Source: Halocafeteria seosinensis
Lineage: Eukaryota
Assembly (NCBI GenBank): GCA_001687465.1
Contig: LVLI01000204.1
Span: 62,001-126,000 of the forward strand
DNA: 64,000 bases
Direction of reading: 5' to 3'
Shown in pieces: positions 13,501 to 25,226 of the stretch (positions are counted from its first letter, which is position 1; each line of letters starts with the position of its first letter). Below the pieces are notes generated by a model that saw nothing but the letters and a program-made list of their open reading frames with translations, was not told the origin of the DNA and ran no database searches. The position numbers were made by a program, and so were the translations under genes.

Positions 13501-15170
13501 CAGTCTTCTTCCCTCGGTTCTGCAGTGAATTCTTCGGCGCCATCTACTCCCCTCGAATATCGCATTCGGTTGGTAGCCCATGTCTCTTCCTTCTGTCCCT
13601 CTCGTATAGCTTCGTTCATTCGTACACCACTTTCCGCAGTTATATCTAATGAGCTGAAGGTACATCCTTCGTCGGCATCTTGACTTCCAGCCCACGAGAC
13701 ACATCGGAATGCAGGTCGAGAAACAGACGAACGTAGTTCATTCAGGCGACTCTGTAATACTTGACTTAGGATTATATCGCAGACGGACTCTTTCATTTGG
13801 GAAAATGAAGAAACTTGGGAGTCCCTCAGGCTATGTTTCCAAGTCAGTGAGAAGGAAAACGTTGAAATTAGGGGGTGTTGCGTGACAATGACAGGTTGTG
13901 AAGGGCTGGTTTCCAAGCAGTGTTGAAGCGGTACAGCATAGGGATAACCGAATCCCGGTAGATGGAGAATGTCAGAGTGGTGACATCCTGCTACAATTGT
14001 CGTCTGACTGTTAGCCATGCGATCCCTTTGGAGAGGCTCACAGTCCAAAGGACACTGGTTGAACTCGTCCAGCGCCGTGCATTTTTCCGGAGAAAAGATG
14101 CGCGATATCACTTGTTCGGTGTGCTTTGGATCCAAAACCCCGGACAGGTACAGTGTCATCCGCTTGGGCTGATACCATCTCTTGTAAAACCTCTGAAGTA
14201 AGCTTGAGTCAAAACCCTTTATATGGTTCACTCGGCCGATTGGGAATCTCTGAGGCAACGGTGTTTCACCATGCAACTGTACATAGGACTGAAATTCTAA
14301 GCGAGCGTCCAAATTGAAGGAGCTGGCCGCTTCGCTCAGTACGGCATACTTTTCACACTCCAAGGCTGTGGTATCGCTCAGACGTGCCTTAAACGCCAAC
14401 TGATGGAGGAGAAAAAGCAGCAACTCAACAGAATAATACTGTTCCTGATGCCCACTACGAGAGCTGCTATCATCTTCAGAATTCGCCGAAGAATGCTGGC
14501 GAAGATGGTGTGGCACGGGTAAGCATATCTCATTCACCGTGGAATTCTCTTGTGTCCCTTGAACATTCCCTTTGACAGAATCCAGTCCTTCCTGCGAAAT
14601 CACGGCTGGGGCTTCCATGGTGAAGGCCGTCTCCCGGAAGGTGGTGTAAGCATTGCTATCAGCATGGCAGTCCATCGATAAGTTTGTGAGAACGTTCTCC
14701 ACATCCTTAGGAGATGGAAGGGCTTCCGTTCCAAGAAACACTGAATGCTCTAAGAAGTGCGCCAAGCCCTGTTCATGCTCTGTCGCCTCATTCAATGATC
14801 CAGCGGCCACATGCAGATTGGCGTATACCTTATTCGTGGGCAAGAAGTGGGGTAAAATGACGTATCGAAGCCCATTTTCCAGTACTCCAGACACGACTTT
14901 CTCAGAGCTAGGAAGTGGCTTTTCCAGGAAATTCCTCTCCTCTTCCTCTTCTTCTTCTGTGTCCATATCAGCATCTTCTTCTTCATCGGAAGGGGAGCTT
15001 ACACTCATTAAACCACTACTGCTGCTCGTGGTGGTGCCTCGTGCTGCACGGCGGTCTCCAGGAGCAGCTTGAGACGGGACCTGAGGGGTGTTAGACGCAG
15101 TATTATCCATTAGGCCTTCGATTCCTGAGGAAAGAGAAAAGGAAAACGTAGGGATTCCTTTTCTGTACAT
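10512..15170 (-). CDS. M16 (insulinase) family zinc metallopeptidase, stromal-processing-peptidase/PqqL-like; single exon
   Basis: Inverted zinc motif HFLEH in 'EQGLAHFLEHSVFLGT'; also 'LENGLRY', 'SNAYTTF', 'RFPIG', 'FYKRWYQP' and a second 'LSNGITV' repeat half. The start could be 15170 or the next ATG. Confidence 0.85.
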   Translation of the reverse strand: MYRKGIPTFSFSLSSGIEGLMDNTASNTPQVPSQAAPGDRRAARGTTTSSSSGLMSVSSPSDEEEDADMDTEEEEEEERNFLEKPLPSSEKVVSGVLENGLRYVILPHFLPTNKVYANLHVAAGSLNEATEHEQGLAHFLEHSVFLGTEALPSPKDVENVLTNLSMDCHADSNAYTTFRETAFTMEAPAVISQEGLDSVKGNVQGTQENSTVNEICLPVPHHLRQHSSANSEDDSSSRSGHQEQYYSVELLLFLLHQLAFKARLSDTTALECEKYAVLSEAASSFNLDARLEFQSYVQLHGETPLPQRFPIGRVNHIKGFDSSLLQRFYKRWYQPKRMTLYLSGVLDPKHTEQVISRIFSPEKCTALDEFNQCPLDCEPLQRDRMANSQTTIVAGCHHSDILHLPGFGYPYAVPLQHCLETSPSQPVIVTQHPLISTFSFSLTWKHSLRDSQVSSFSQMKESVCDIILSQVLQSRLNELRSSVSRPAFRCVSWAGSQDADEGCTFSSLDITAESGVRMNEAIREGQKEETWATNRMRYSRGVDGAEEFTAEPREEDWRVWQEAVSVGIRECVRLARHGVPELELETAIRAVTKAFRDRAAAADAVDSATMLDECIEAVQTSSSLMDRRAEYEAFQQVSNRISQEDINQRASAVFSFVEGAGTAARTAMERLEDPVYAEALDQLESQFHPFQTDNREVHGGNNSALGLGDSWAVVRKAECSEGMPTTYPSLSKAALGFDSLSKSVSAFISAPGPVARTNLQLDQNGSCLIPGIGPTGPIDPVALGFSTDGELEVVDKQALPAHTSGAFRLVGRHSKPVNQETEGLHEEMSLDRYGVGVFTDIRLYQVLNAMSTGLNYANALPDIRIPNVIVNEERLEHDLEAFRENATQLHSSCTPGELQSTRTNEIFVDAPFRYQGTCNAPVDWSKSITTEGLRLEIGTHVLSNGITVTTCPTPFEAGSIHVLAIARGGQCSEGSHGWMPADELARDRPHSFPPGSTELAVATLEDSGAAGLSNETLIRIVSGWGIHGEMEASMEEVVAHVQLSSVESDGPDKALQLIRAMLWHNHWDETAFNRAMDTTYLEATAVNKDLERKTTYSHMRTLFADDPRFVVANETQLLRLDKDTVCKAFEGLWVPNNLQILVIGDIDHASALNVTLKWLGSLPPRVKVPDRASETRIDKLPTLEEFNPPRTAVSAKRTLDRIDLAPVCSSDSPISGISISGSTCSIPDSSRRCVMLISFPSPGRYHDQYSGVQHNSDCVLGKSAIQENPLFPLRASVIWIAILERRMYEALRGRTGNCYSCSVSTSAFEFYSPGFGIIEATPLLHTVPQSIGDSIAVLGNLLNQHNPITEEECTAMRNALVEDLKCSQITNSYWIGQLQHLYCHGSLKTTEYMNQIANFYSCLTASDLNKAIVDFYSDFPRIPVHVTVGYSGSKHPITWTAVEDFTMSYMKYRYSWWGQFYLCACRVWRRLQVYSSACVKKLYNWVTGSGDEAVAADDDPVHSGWKVYIGDTPKSAYCSKRNVAGVGVCLGILMSTYLYRRLSACPVARTRI

Positions 15171-15433
15171 CTACCTTATGGACAAAAGGAATTCTTCGTG
15201 GTTTTTTGGTCCCCTAAGAAAGAAAGTTCAACATGGGCTACATGGTTGAAGACTTGAATTGAAAGTTTAAGTGCGTGAGAACTTGAATTTCCGACTACAT
15301 CCGAAAGCATTAGAGGGATGAACAGTACTACTGAAATTGTTTTGGGATGTGTTCTTTCCGTAAATTGTAAATTGTGCATAGCTGTTGTATTCAAGTCATG
15401 GAACTACCATTTGGTACTAGAGACTATATTGGC

Positions 15434-17890
15434 TTAAGATTTCCAACCAAGGAAACAGTCATCAATCGTATGACCTCGGGCACCTTCATATGCTTCCCTA
15501 AGTACCTTAAGGTGACTCAAAACTTTCTCTGATTGAGCCGCTCTTTCTTCAGCCCAAGTAAGGAAATCCGCCACAGTGCCTGCGTCCTTCTGCAGCTTTT
15601 CGATAACCGCCAGAAAGAAAACCATCTGTCTCCATGCGTATGCAGAATTTTTCTTCTGATGTAAAAGAATACGGTATGGGACATTGCCCGTGGCTGTACT
15701 CTTCATCACATATTCGAAGCAGATTTCACTCATTCTTCTCAGCGCGGCTAGCCCTCCAAGCCGGTCCGCTAACTCCGGAAGGCGACTGAAAAACACCGCC
15801 AGGTTATGAGTTGTTATTACCTGCTCCTGTTCAATCACTCGTCCATTTACAGCCGGAGATACCAACCAACTTGATGACTGTCCAGGAACTCCGCGATTCC
15901 AGCATAGCTCACCTAATACCGCGGGTCCAGCTCGAAGATACGGAGGCGTCAATGTATCGAATTGGGAGGTATCAATCTCTTCCAGCACGTAGTAACGCCC
16001 ATATATTGTACCCTTGCAGTAGTCTACAGCTATTTTGGCTGCTTCCTCAAACTTAGGACCAAAATCACCCATGAAGATATCCGCTGCCAATTCATCAACC
16101 AGCGGGAAGTGTTGTAGCTGCGCTTTAGATGACAAAGACCTCAGTTGCTGGAGTAGTCTGTTGGGAACAATTGTAGCAGGGAAGAAGCGAAGATATATAG
16201 TCACCATATGCTCCAACGTCTTTAACGCGGAGGTTTCTCCTACATTAGTAAAGGGCTCAATGGCTTTCCACCACGGAAGTTCATTCAGACGAACTTGACT
16301 TTCGTAGTTCAACAGTAGTACAGATCGATGTGCTCGATAAAAAGAGGAGTATGCCAAAGATGCCAACTTCCGCAGTGACCCTGTAGGATCAATCTGGTCA
16401 CTTATACAATTAGCGATAGCATTGGCAGTTAGTGCAGGTGCAAACGACGACAAAGCCTCCGCTGATCCTATCAAACCCCTGTCCACCAAGTTTTCCAGAG
16501 TATCCTTACGGCATCTAAGTACCTTTTGACAAAGAGTCCTCGGAAGGCAACGATTTGCAATATCCGAAATGCCCTCTTCATTCGCTTCTTCTTCGTTCAC
16601 AGGCTCGTCGAGAAGTCCTTCTTTAGTTCCCGGGGTCGCATCGAAATCAATACCGTCATCGTCCGGAAAACCAAAGGCCTTGAGTCTTGCTACTAGTATT
16701 CGGGAATATGTCTCTATACTTTGCCCCGCCTTCTCCTTCTGCCGCAACCTGAAATGGCGATAGGCATCATCCGGTGGAAATCCCCGCTTGGTATTCACCG
16801 CCGCTAGGAAGTACCGCAACTGTCCGACCTCCCTGCCGGTCAATTCCGATATCATGGTTCTTCTATTGTGCGAGATTACGTTGCCTTTTACTATCTTCCG
16901 CGCAATTGGCAGCAATTGGTTCAGGATTCCTCGTTTACCACCGCTGAGAAGCCGTCTAGGAATTCTGTGCTGTCCCCGCAAATTTCTTATTTCGTGCTTC
17001 AGACTCTCGATATCATCGAGGATCTTCTTCAAGCGCGCTTGAAATGACTCGTCGATGTTCACCACCAGCGGCCAAGCTGTACCCTCAGCTACGTGCTTGA
17101 CATTCTCCCTATTTGTCTCAACCAGGTACGGACGCGGCTTCTCCGGATCCAGGGTTTTAATCAAGCACTCCAATAGTTCGTCCTCTAAAGGGTTGACGCG
17201 GTAAATTACATCTTGTTGCATTACGATGTCCCGCGGGGTACGTTTAGAGTTCAGCTTGCCGATCACGTCTTTCACCGTCTCGACGGATATCTTCTCGGTA
17301 GTCGGAGCTTCAGTGTCAGCAGGCCGCGGGTAGAACCTAAACTTGTGCATCCAAGGGGCTATTTCTGCTAGCAATTGCCTTGCTTGCTCAGCATGAGTTT
17401 CACCCCCTTGACGTGTTAACCAAACAAATGTTAACAACGCTGCTTCCTCGGGAATATCCACCCGATACTTTCTACTTTCCAAAAGAGACCCTAACACATT
17501 CATTCCACTTTCAGTGAGGAAAAATTGGTTCAAGTTGTAACGGGCATTTTGCGCTTCCGTATATCCTAAACTATCCAACAATTCTTTCTCGAATGGTTTC
17601 AGTTGTCCTCCAGCAAGCAGTTCCCCAGTGACAAAACCTCCCGTCACCACTCGCTTGGTGGCCCATAAAGGTGCATCACTTCCTCGAAGTGGTTGTCTGG
17701 AGCCCACCTTTATGGTGCCTTTCGCCATACCTTGCGCAACCTTATGCCAATCTCCCACGGTCCCCTTGCTGCTCTGTGAATCCCGTTGTGGGATATTCGA
17801 ATTTTCGTTTTGAGCCGCTTTAAGTAACTGAGCAAAGGAGTACCCAATGCCGACGCCAATTTCTTGGCCTTGCTCGCGTTCACTCGCCAT
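15434..17890 (-). CDS. Uncharacterised 818-aa protein resembling a bacterial hypothetical family; single exon
   Basis: Long clean ORF with globular-looking blocks: GSRQP..P.WAT..V.TGGF.TG.LLAGG, RSVLLLNYESQVRLNELPW, LVDELAADIFMG, KNSAYAWRQMVFFL, FLGW. Confidence 0.8.
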   Translation of the reverse strand: MASEREQGQEIGVGIGYSFAQLLKAAQNENSNIPQRDSQSSKGTVGDWHKVAQGMAKGTIKVGSRQPLRGSDAPLWATKRVVTGGFVTGELLAGGQLKPFEKELLDSLGYTEAQNARYNLNQFFLTESGMNVLGSLLESRKYRVDIPEEAALLTFVWLTRQGGETHAEQARQLLAEIAPWMHKFRFYPRPADTEAPTTEKISVETVKDVIGKLNSKRTPRDIVMQQDVIYRVNPLEDELLECLIKTLDPEKPRPYLVETNRENVKHVAEGTAWPLVVNIDESFQARLKKILDDIESLKHEIRNLRGQHRIPRRLLSGGKRGILNQLLPIARKIVKGNVISHNRRTMISELTGREVGQLRYFLAAVNTKRGFPPDDAYRHFRLRQKEKAGQSIETYSRILVARLKAFGFPDDDGIDFDATPGTKEGLLDEPVNEEEANEEGISDIANRCLPRTLCQKVLRCRKDTLENLVDRGLIGSAEALSSFAPALTANAIANCISDQIDPTGSLRKLASLAYSSFYRAHRSVLLLNYESQVRLNELPWWKAIEPFTNVGETSALKTLEHMVTIYLRFFPATIVPNRLLQQLRSLSSKAQLQHFPLVDELAADIFMGDFGPKFEEAAKIAVDYCKGTIYGRYYVLEEIDTSQFDTLTPPYLRAGPAVLGELCWNRGVPGQSSSWLVSPAVNGRVIEQEQVITTHNLAVFFSRLPELADRLGGLAALRRMSEICFEYVMKSTATGNVPYRILLHQKKNSAYAWRQMVFFLAVIEKLQKDAGTVADFLTWAEERAAQSEKVLSHLKVLREAYEGARGHTIDDCFLGWKS

Positions 17891-18466
17891 TTTCGTTTAT
17901 CTAGTCTTGATAACCCTAACACGGCTATGTTAATAATTGCAATGGCTTCCTGGTGAATGCCACTAACTGAATCTATCCAGTGTGAAGATGTTAACACCGC
18001 AGGGAGAAGAGAAGTTAAAGAGTAAATAAATAAAAACACCACAACGGAGAAGCAAGAGGAAGATGCAATTATTCTCAGGGCTCATCAATCCCAACACAAA
18101 TAATCTTCTATTGTAGTGGTTTCCCTTTCCGATTCACAAACCTCAACTCAACTTCACATTTCAAAGAAAAATGGAATCACTGCCATCGACAGAGCGACCA
18201 AAGAGGTGTGAGGCTTCACGCCAGAAAATTAATCAAAAAAGCTTCATAGACAGTACAAAGGTACTGACCGGTATAACCAACAAAAGACACATGCTGGAAA
18301 TTTAGTGAATGGGACTACAAGCAAGGCGACACAAGACATATACATACCCCTTGCTTCGAATCCGGCAAGGTAGCTCAGCTGCCGTAGCTGAAATGTAAAT
18401 TATTGAATCGCGTAAGAATCGAATCTTTATGTTGCATCAAACAGAGTGTTTTCGCTACAGCCGCAT

Positions 18467-19557
18467 TTACTTCCGTTCGGTCATAGACTCTAACTCCTCC
18501 AGTGCTGAATCAACAAGCCGGGAACTGCTTTTCGTTTTACTAGAATCTCTGGGACCTCCATACGAGTTGAGGAGTTCCCTCGGATCCTCCGCTTCCGATG
18601 GTTTTAACGAGGTGAATCGGAGCTTAGGATGTAACCGAGTTTGCCACGGCAGCAAGCCTATGTGTCGAGACAATTTAATCTTTCGCGCTAGTTTACGCTG
18701 ATGCTTAGCACAGCATTTCGTCAGGCGCTTTGGTAATACGAGTCCTTTGGTTGACACAAATTGACTAAGCAAGGCAGTATTCTCTGCTGTTAAAAAATCA
18801 GTACCATGGTAGCAGAATATACAGTAATTAACTTTTAATCCAGGTTTCTCAGCCCGCGCTTCTTCATCCTCCAAATCCAGCCAATTCGTTAATTGGCTTT
18901 TATGTTGCGGATCAAACGGTGCATAAGGATCTTTTATTCGTTCTCTAAAACCAGCCCACCTTCTGTAATCGATCGCCGCTTCTTCAAAGTGTTTGTCCTG
19001 ACCCACGTAATCTCCTATATCAGCATTTCTTGTGTTAACCTTTTCAGGTGGTATATCTTTCATTAGTGCATCATCTGATTCCCAATGATCGGACTGGCCG
19101 TACGAGTTATAGCCATCATCTGCTTCCTCATCCTGCATAAGAGTAGTCACAACAACAGATAATTGAACAACCTTTGCTCACCGGAAAGTAGTCGGCAGAA
19201 CGTCGGACTCACCTTTGCAAATAAGTATCTGGCTGCTCTGAGCGAAAGTTCCGGTGGGTGCTCAGAGTTTTCAAAGTTGGGAAGTATGTCTTCTTCGTTT
19301 TGCTTGGAATCTGCCTCGTTTTTGGCCTTCTTACGAGAGATTTTAAGGGGCTTGGAGAAGTCGACATCACCGTCATCGGGATCGTCTGACAGAGATTCAT
19401 GACCCTTTTCCTCTGCCTGGTCCGAATTTCTTGTAAATTTGTCATCATCGTCCTGTATGGAGCTCGAAAAGCTCGAACAAGGCCCCATCGTCCATCTAAG
19501 ACCGGGCTGCCGCCATCGGCATATCCTTACTGTGTGGGTAATGAACCCCCTAATCAT
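18467..19557 (-). CDS. Mitochondrial ribosomal protein S18 (bS18m) with N-terminal extension; intron 19212-19133
   Basis: S18 signature CIFC...NTALLSQFVSTKGLVLPKRLTKCCAKHQRKLARKIKLSRHIGLLP. Arg-rich presequence and an in-frame splice. Confidence 0.85.
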
Positions 19558-19664
19558 TTCTATTCACCTTCCATGCAGAGAGTTTATATACACTATAATC
19601 ACACCGTATCGACCTGATAGTATTACACGCTGCTTAGACCACATATAGGCCATTAAATGAGACC

Positions 19665-19689
19665 AAATCCGGGCCGAGCGCCCGGATTT
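19665..19689. promoter_or_regulatory. Palindromic element AAATCCGGGC-CGAGC-GCCCGGATTT in the S18/OLA1 divergent promoter
   Basis: Perfect 10-bp inverted repeat with a 5-nt spacer; related copies at about 43998-44016 and 62625-62645. Confidence 0.5.
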
Positions 19690-19815
19690 TCAAGGTGTCA
19701 GAATTGTTTCATTTCCTTCATTTAACTCGGAATTGATGCATTCCTAGCTTTCATTGGGTAGAACAAAATATCCCCCTCTGAGTGTGTTTGGGTGTGCGTG
19801 AGCTAGTGATTTGAT

Positions 19816-21615
19816 ATGCCTCCTAAAAAGAAAGGCAAAGAGGAGGAGTCCAAAGGCCCCGTGCTCCTTGGACGTCCTGGCAATAATGTCAAGTATGTAG
19901 TGCATACTGTGTATATGATCGTGATTGTGTAGCCTCCTAATAGGGTGCTGTACCATATGGGGCTCGCAGAATGGGGATTGTAGGATTACCGAATGTAGGA
20001 AAATCGACATTTTTCAATGTCCTTTGCAACATGCATGTGGAAGCTGAGAATCGTCCTTTCTGCACAATCGACCCCAATGTCGCCCAAGTGCCAGTGCCAG
20101 TACGTGTTTTTTATGTCCAAAATGACAAGGCTTCATGCCGTGGTCAGAAGGGACTAATTTGTGTGCCAAATGTTTTGGGACCGATCTTCGACATTCACAG
20201 GATTCCCGATTTGATCATCTCTGCAAAGTTTATAAACCCAAGAGCGAGTACGTATTATTGACACTATTGAAAAGATTTTGGTAAGAAAATTAACTAAGGT
20301 GCGTCTCCTTCCCGTTTTGTATTGTTTCAGAGTCAAAGCCGTATTGACGGTCACGGATATTGCCGGGTTGATCCGCGGTGCTTCTGAAGGAAGTGGGCTT
20401 GGGAATGCTTTCTTGTCCCACATCGCCGCCGTGGATGGTATTTATCACATGTGCCGGGCATTCGAATCCGACGAAGTGGTGCACGTAGATGGAGATATTG
20501 ACCCTGTTCGTGATTTGGAGACGGTACACGATGAGTTGCGGAAAAAAGATTTGCAATGGGTATCTAACAACATCGAAAAGAAAGAGAAGAATGTACAACG
20601 TGGAATTGGTGGGAAGGACGCGAAAGAGGAATTTGATGTGCTCGTCAAAGCCAAAGAGCATCTTGAGGCAGGGAACGACATTCGTTATGGAGAGTGGGCA
20701 CAAACCGATGTAGGTTATCCGCAATCGCTCCTCCTGCCATGAACGGGGATAATGGATTGTCGCTTTTTGGGTATGCTCGCAGATTGAAGTACTGAATCAA
20801 TGCCAATTTCTATCGGCAAAGCCAGTCATTTACTTAGTTAACCTATCAGAAAAAGCATTCCTCAAAAAGAAGAGCAAATGGTGAGTTAAAAATTCCTGAG
20901 CCTGAGGATATCACGTGGACATTGAGAATATCATGTGGGATATTTTTATTTTCGTCCAGGCTTCCCAAGCTTAGTGAATGGCTCCAGGCTAAAGGAGGCT
21001 ACGATAAGATGATTCCTTTCTCTGCTGAATTTGAGCAAAAACTCATTGATCTAGGTGGCGTTGAGAGCGAAGAGGCGCAGAAATATTGCAAAGAGGTAAG
21101 CTTTTTGGGACCCTGCATTGTGGAAACTCTCCCATGATGTGCCTGAAATTACTACGGTACTGAAATTGCTAATGAAGCTAAACATTTCAAATTGACCGCT
21201 GAGGAGCTTTTGTTTCCAAGGAATAGTTTCTATTTCTTGTTTGTTGTATTGTATTATCAACGGTGTATCTATTGGCGCGAACCTGCAGGTTGGTGCCAAG
21301 TCGATGCTTCCAAAGATTATCAATAGCGGATATCACTCCCTTAACTTACAACACTTTTTCACTGCCGGTGCCGACGAAGTCCGTGCGTGGACTGTGCGTA
21401 AGGGAACATTAGCACCAAAAGCGGCAGGCACTATCCATACTGATTTCGAGAAGGGGTTCATCTGCGCGGATACGATCAGTTACGAAGATTTGAAAGCAGC
21501 CGGATCGGAAAAGGCGGCAAAGGATGAAGGAAAAATGCGCACCGAAGGAAGAAAGTACGAAGTTCAGGATGGAGACATAATGCACTTTAAGTTTAATCTC
21601 GGTAAGGGTAAATAA
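19816..21615 (+). CDS. OLA1: Obg-like ATPase OLA1/YchF; multi-exon
   Basis: MPPKKKG...[50 protein letters not shown], and TGS-domain motifs [13 protein letters not shown] and YEVQDGDI. Confidence 0.95.
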
Positions 21616-21709
21616 GAGGCGTATGTTTATTTGACAACGCCCAGCAACCCCTGTTAGAATAGGTATTTTAAACTAGCTAGCAAAATATATATGCTATTAA
21701 CACAGAGTC

Positions 21710-22717
<1,008 letters not shown>

Positions 22718-23163
22718 GGCTGTGTGATTCTCTAAGCGCTATAAAAGTTTCCCAACAAAAGAGCACGGGCTGATACTGGGGCTGCTTGCTGACGTCCTCG
22801 GACAGGAACGGTCAAACCAGGGCAATCATACAGTCTGTGTCCTTGCAAGGAACATGTGAGAACATGTTCGCGGAAAGGGGGTGAGTCAGTTTGCGGGGAT
22901 TAGCAGTGCAAGAACTTCACAGTCGTAAAACGACAAGCAACCAACTGACGACAATTCAGAAAGAAGCACTGACACGAGATGTTTCAAGCAGTGGGATAGA
23001 CACGAATGCATGTGGGTTATACCAAAAAATGTAAACATTACGTGGGTAATCGTGAAGGGGTATGGTAGAACTGCTATTGAACACAATTATACCGCGCACT
23101 CCGTATCAATCCTCCTCGAATTGTCCTCGTAAGATACAACTTCCATTAACAGCATCCTGAAAC

Positions 23164-24753
23164 TTAGGATGTGGCTTCAGCGGAACGACCTAGTTTCTTC
23201 AGCGACAGTTCCTTGTTTCTGTGGGCTTTCTGATCATTAGCATCCAGGGCGATGGCCTTATCGTAGCACGCAATCGCCTCCTCGTGGCGACCCAAGTTAG
23301 CAAGGGAGACACCTTTGCCCATATACGCATCCTTGTCATTTCCATCAAGCCCAATGGCAGTGTCAAAACATGAGATAGCCTCTTCGCGACGACCTAACTT
23401 CGAAAGGGATACTGCTTTGTTTCTATATGCACTCTGGTAAGTAGGATCTACTGCTATCGCTTGATCATAACATGCAATAGCTTCCTCACAACGGCCTAGT
23501 TTCGAAAGAGAGATGCCTTTGTCGAGGAAAGCCTCCTTATACTGACTATCGATTGCAATAGCGTGATCGTATGACATAATAGCCTCTTCACGATAGCCTA
23601 ATTTGGAAAACGCTACGCCCAGACCCTTATAGGAAACCTTATCAAGGCTATTCAACTTGATAGCTTTATCATAGGAAACACAAGCGTCTTCCCACCTGCC
23701 CAACTTGGATAGGCATGAACCGTTCTTCCCATAACACACTTGATCGTTGCCTTTTCCAAGGCCCGCATCGAAGCAGGAAATCGCCTCCTCATAACGCTTA
23801 AGCTTCTCTAGCAATATTCCCTTTCTGATATAAATGCCCGCTGGTGGCCCATACACCCCTAAGCCACCAGCTGCGGTTATGCATTTATGGTAGCCATGCA
23901 AGTCTATCGCTTGATTATAGCATGAAAAGGCTTCCTCATCTTTACCCAAAAGCTCCAGTGCTTTGCCCTTGTCGAAAACGGCTTGCCAATGATCGGCATT
24001 CAGCGCAAGCGTTTTATCGTAGTATTCGATAGCTTCCTCAACGTAGCCTGCCCTCACAAGCGAGGCAGCCTTACCGTAGTGATACTCATCATTGCTACTA
24101 TCCAACGAAATAGCTTTACTGAAGCACTCAATACTCTCCTCATACCGACCCAAGTGCCCGAGCGCACTACCTTTATTCCGATAAGCAAATGCATCGTTGG
24201 GATTCGATGCGATAGCTTCATCATAGGAGGCAAGGGACTCATCATAGGCACCCTGTTGCAAGGATAGCATGGCCTTGTCGTTGATCGCATCAAAGTAGTT
24301 ACTATCCAGTTCAATGGCCTTATCATAGGCTGCGCGAGCTTCCTCAATTCGGCCCAGTCGCGCCAGTGAAACCCCTTTGACGTGGTACGACATCTTGTCC
24401 TTCCGGTCCAGCGCAATGGCTTTATCATAGCATGCAATCGCTTCCTCATTGCGTCCAACATTTCTCAACGATATCCCCTTGTTGTAATAGGCTTCGTTAT
24501 TGTCCCGAAACAAGGCAATGGCTTTGTCATAGCATGGGATAGCGTCTTCATCGCGTCCTAGTCTCGACAAAGCCACCCCTTTATTGTGAAACGCCTCCCG
24601 ATGTTTCTTATCCAAGGCGATGGCCCTATCATAGAAGGAAATGGCTTCGGTATCGTAGCCTGCGCCTTGCAATGTCATTCCTTGGGTAAAAGCCGCTTGC
24701 GCACGTCTATTACGGCTGTGGTACGGAGGCGCTGTGCCTGGAACTTGATACAT
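23164..24753 (-). CDS. TPR-repeat protein (about 14 regular 34-aa repeats); single exon
   Basis: Repeated unit A..NKG.SL..LGR.EEAI.CYDKAI.LD throughout the ORF. Confidence 0.9.
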   Translation of the reverse strand: MYQVPGTAPPYHSRNRRAQAAFTQGMTLQGAGYDTEAISFYDRAIALDKKHREAFHNKGVALSRLGRDEDAIPCYDKAIALFRDNNEAYYNKGISLRNVGRNEEAIACYDKAIALDRKDKMSYHVKGVSLARLGRIEEARAAYDKAIELDSNYFDAINDKAMLSLQQGAYDESLASYDEAIASNPNDAFAYRNKGSALGHLGRYEESIECFSKAISLDSSNDEYHYGKAASLVRAGYVEEAIEYYDKTLALNADHWQAVFDKGKALELLGKDEEAFSCYNQAIDLHGYHKCITAAGGLGVYGPPAGIYIRKGILLEKLKRYEEAISCFDAGLGKGNDQVCYGKNGSCLSKLGRWEDACVSYDKAIKLNSLDKVSYKGLGVAFSKLGYREEAIMSYDHAIAIDSQYKEAFLDKGISLSKLGRCEEAIACYDQAIAVDPTYQSAYRNKAVSLSKLGRREEAISCFDTAIGLDGNDKDAYMGKGVSLANLGRHEEAIACYDKAIALDANDQKAHRNKELSLKKLGRSAEATS

Positions 24754-25226
24754 TTTCGCTCTTATTGTCCTCGGGGAGGAAGGGAATATTCAATAAAATT
24801 ATACGTGAAAACTTTTGATGTCGTCAATCAATACACCCGTTGTCACTCATAGAGGAAGCGAAAATCCCGTCGTTTCAAATGCAGTTGAACTTGAAGTTCC
24901 ACACTGGGCCGACTCAGGAAGTCGTTGAGACGGAAAAAGCGTTAGCCTGTCGAAATCTACTCATTTTCCGGTCATAATTTGATGGAAGATGGGGGATAGT
25001 AGTAGCAGATGGTCCGTCTCCTGAATCCTGGGACCGCCGTGGACCTGTACAACCCACCCAGAGCCGCTACGCCAGACCTTCTGGGCCAGAAGGTGTCGCT
25101 CATCATGGTCTTGGTGCTTTCCAGCCTTTCGCAGGGTGAGAAAATCATGATGCACGTCTAATAAATACAAGATTCTTGAAAGATTGAGCATCGGAATTAC
25201 CACGGAGGAGTTCGGTGACTCCTCGG

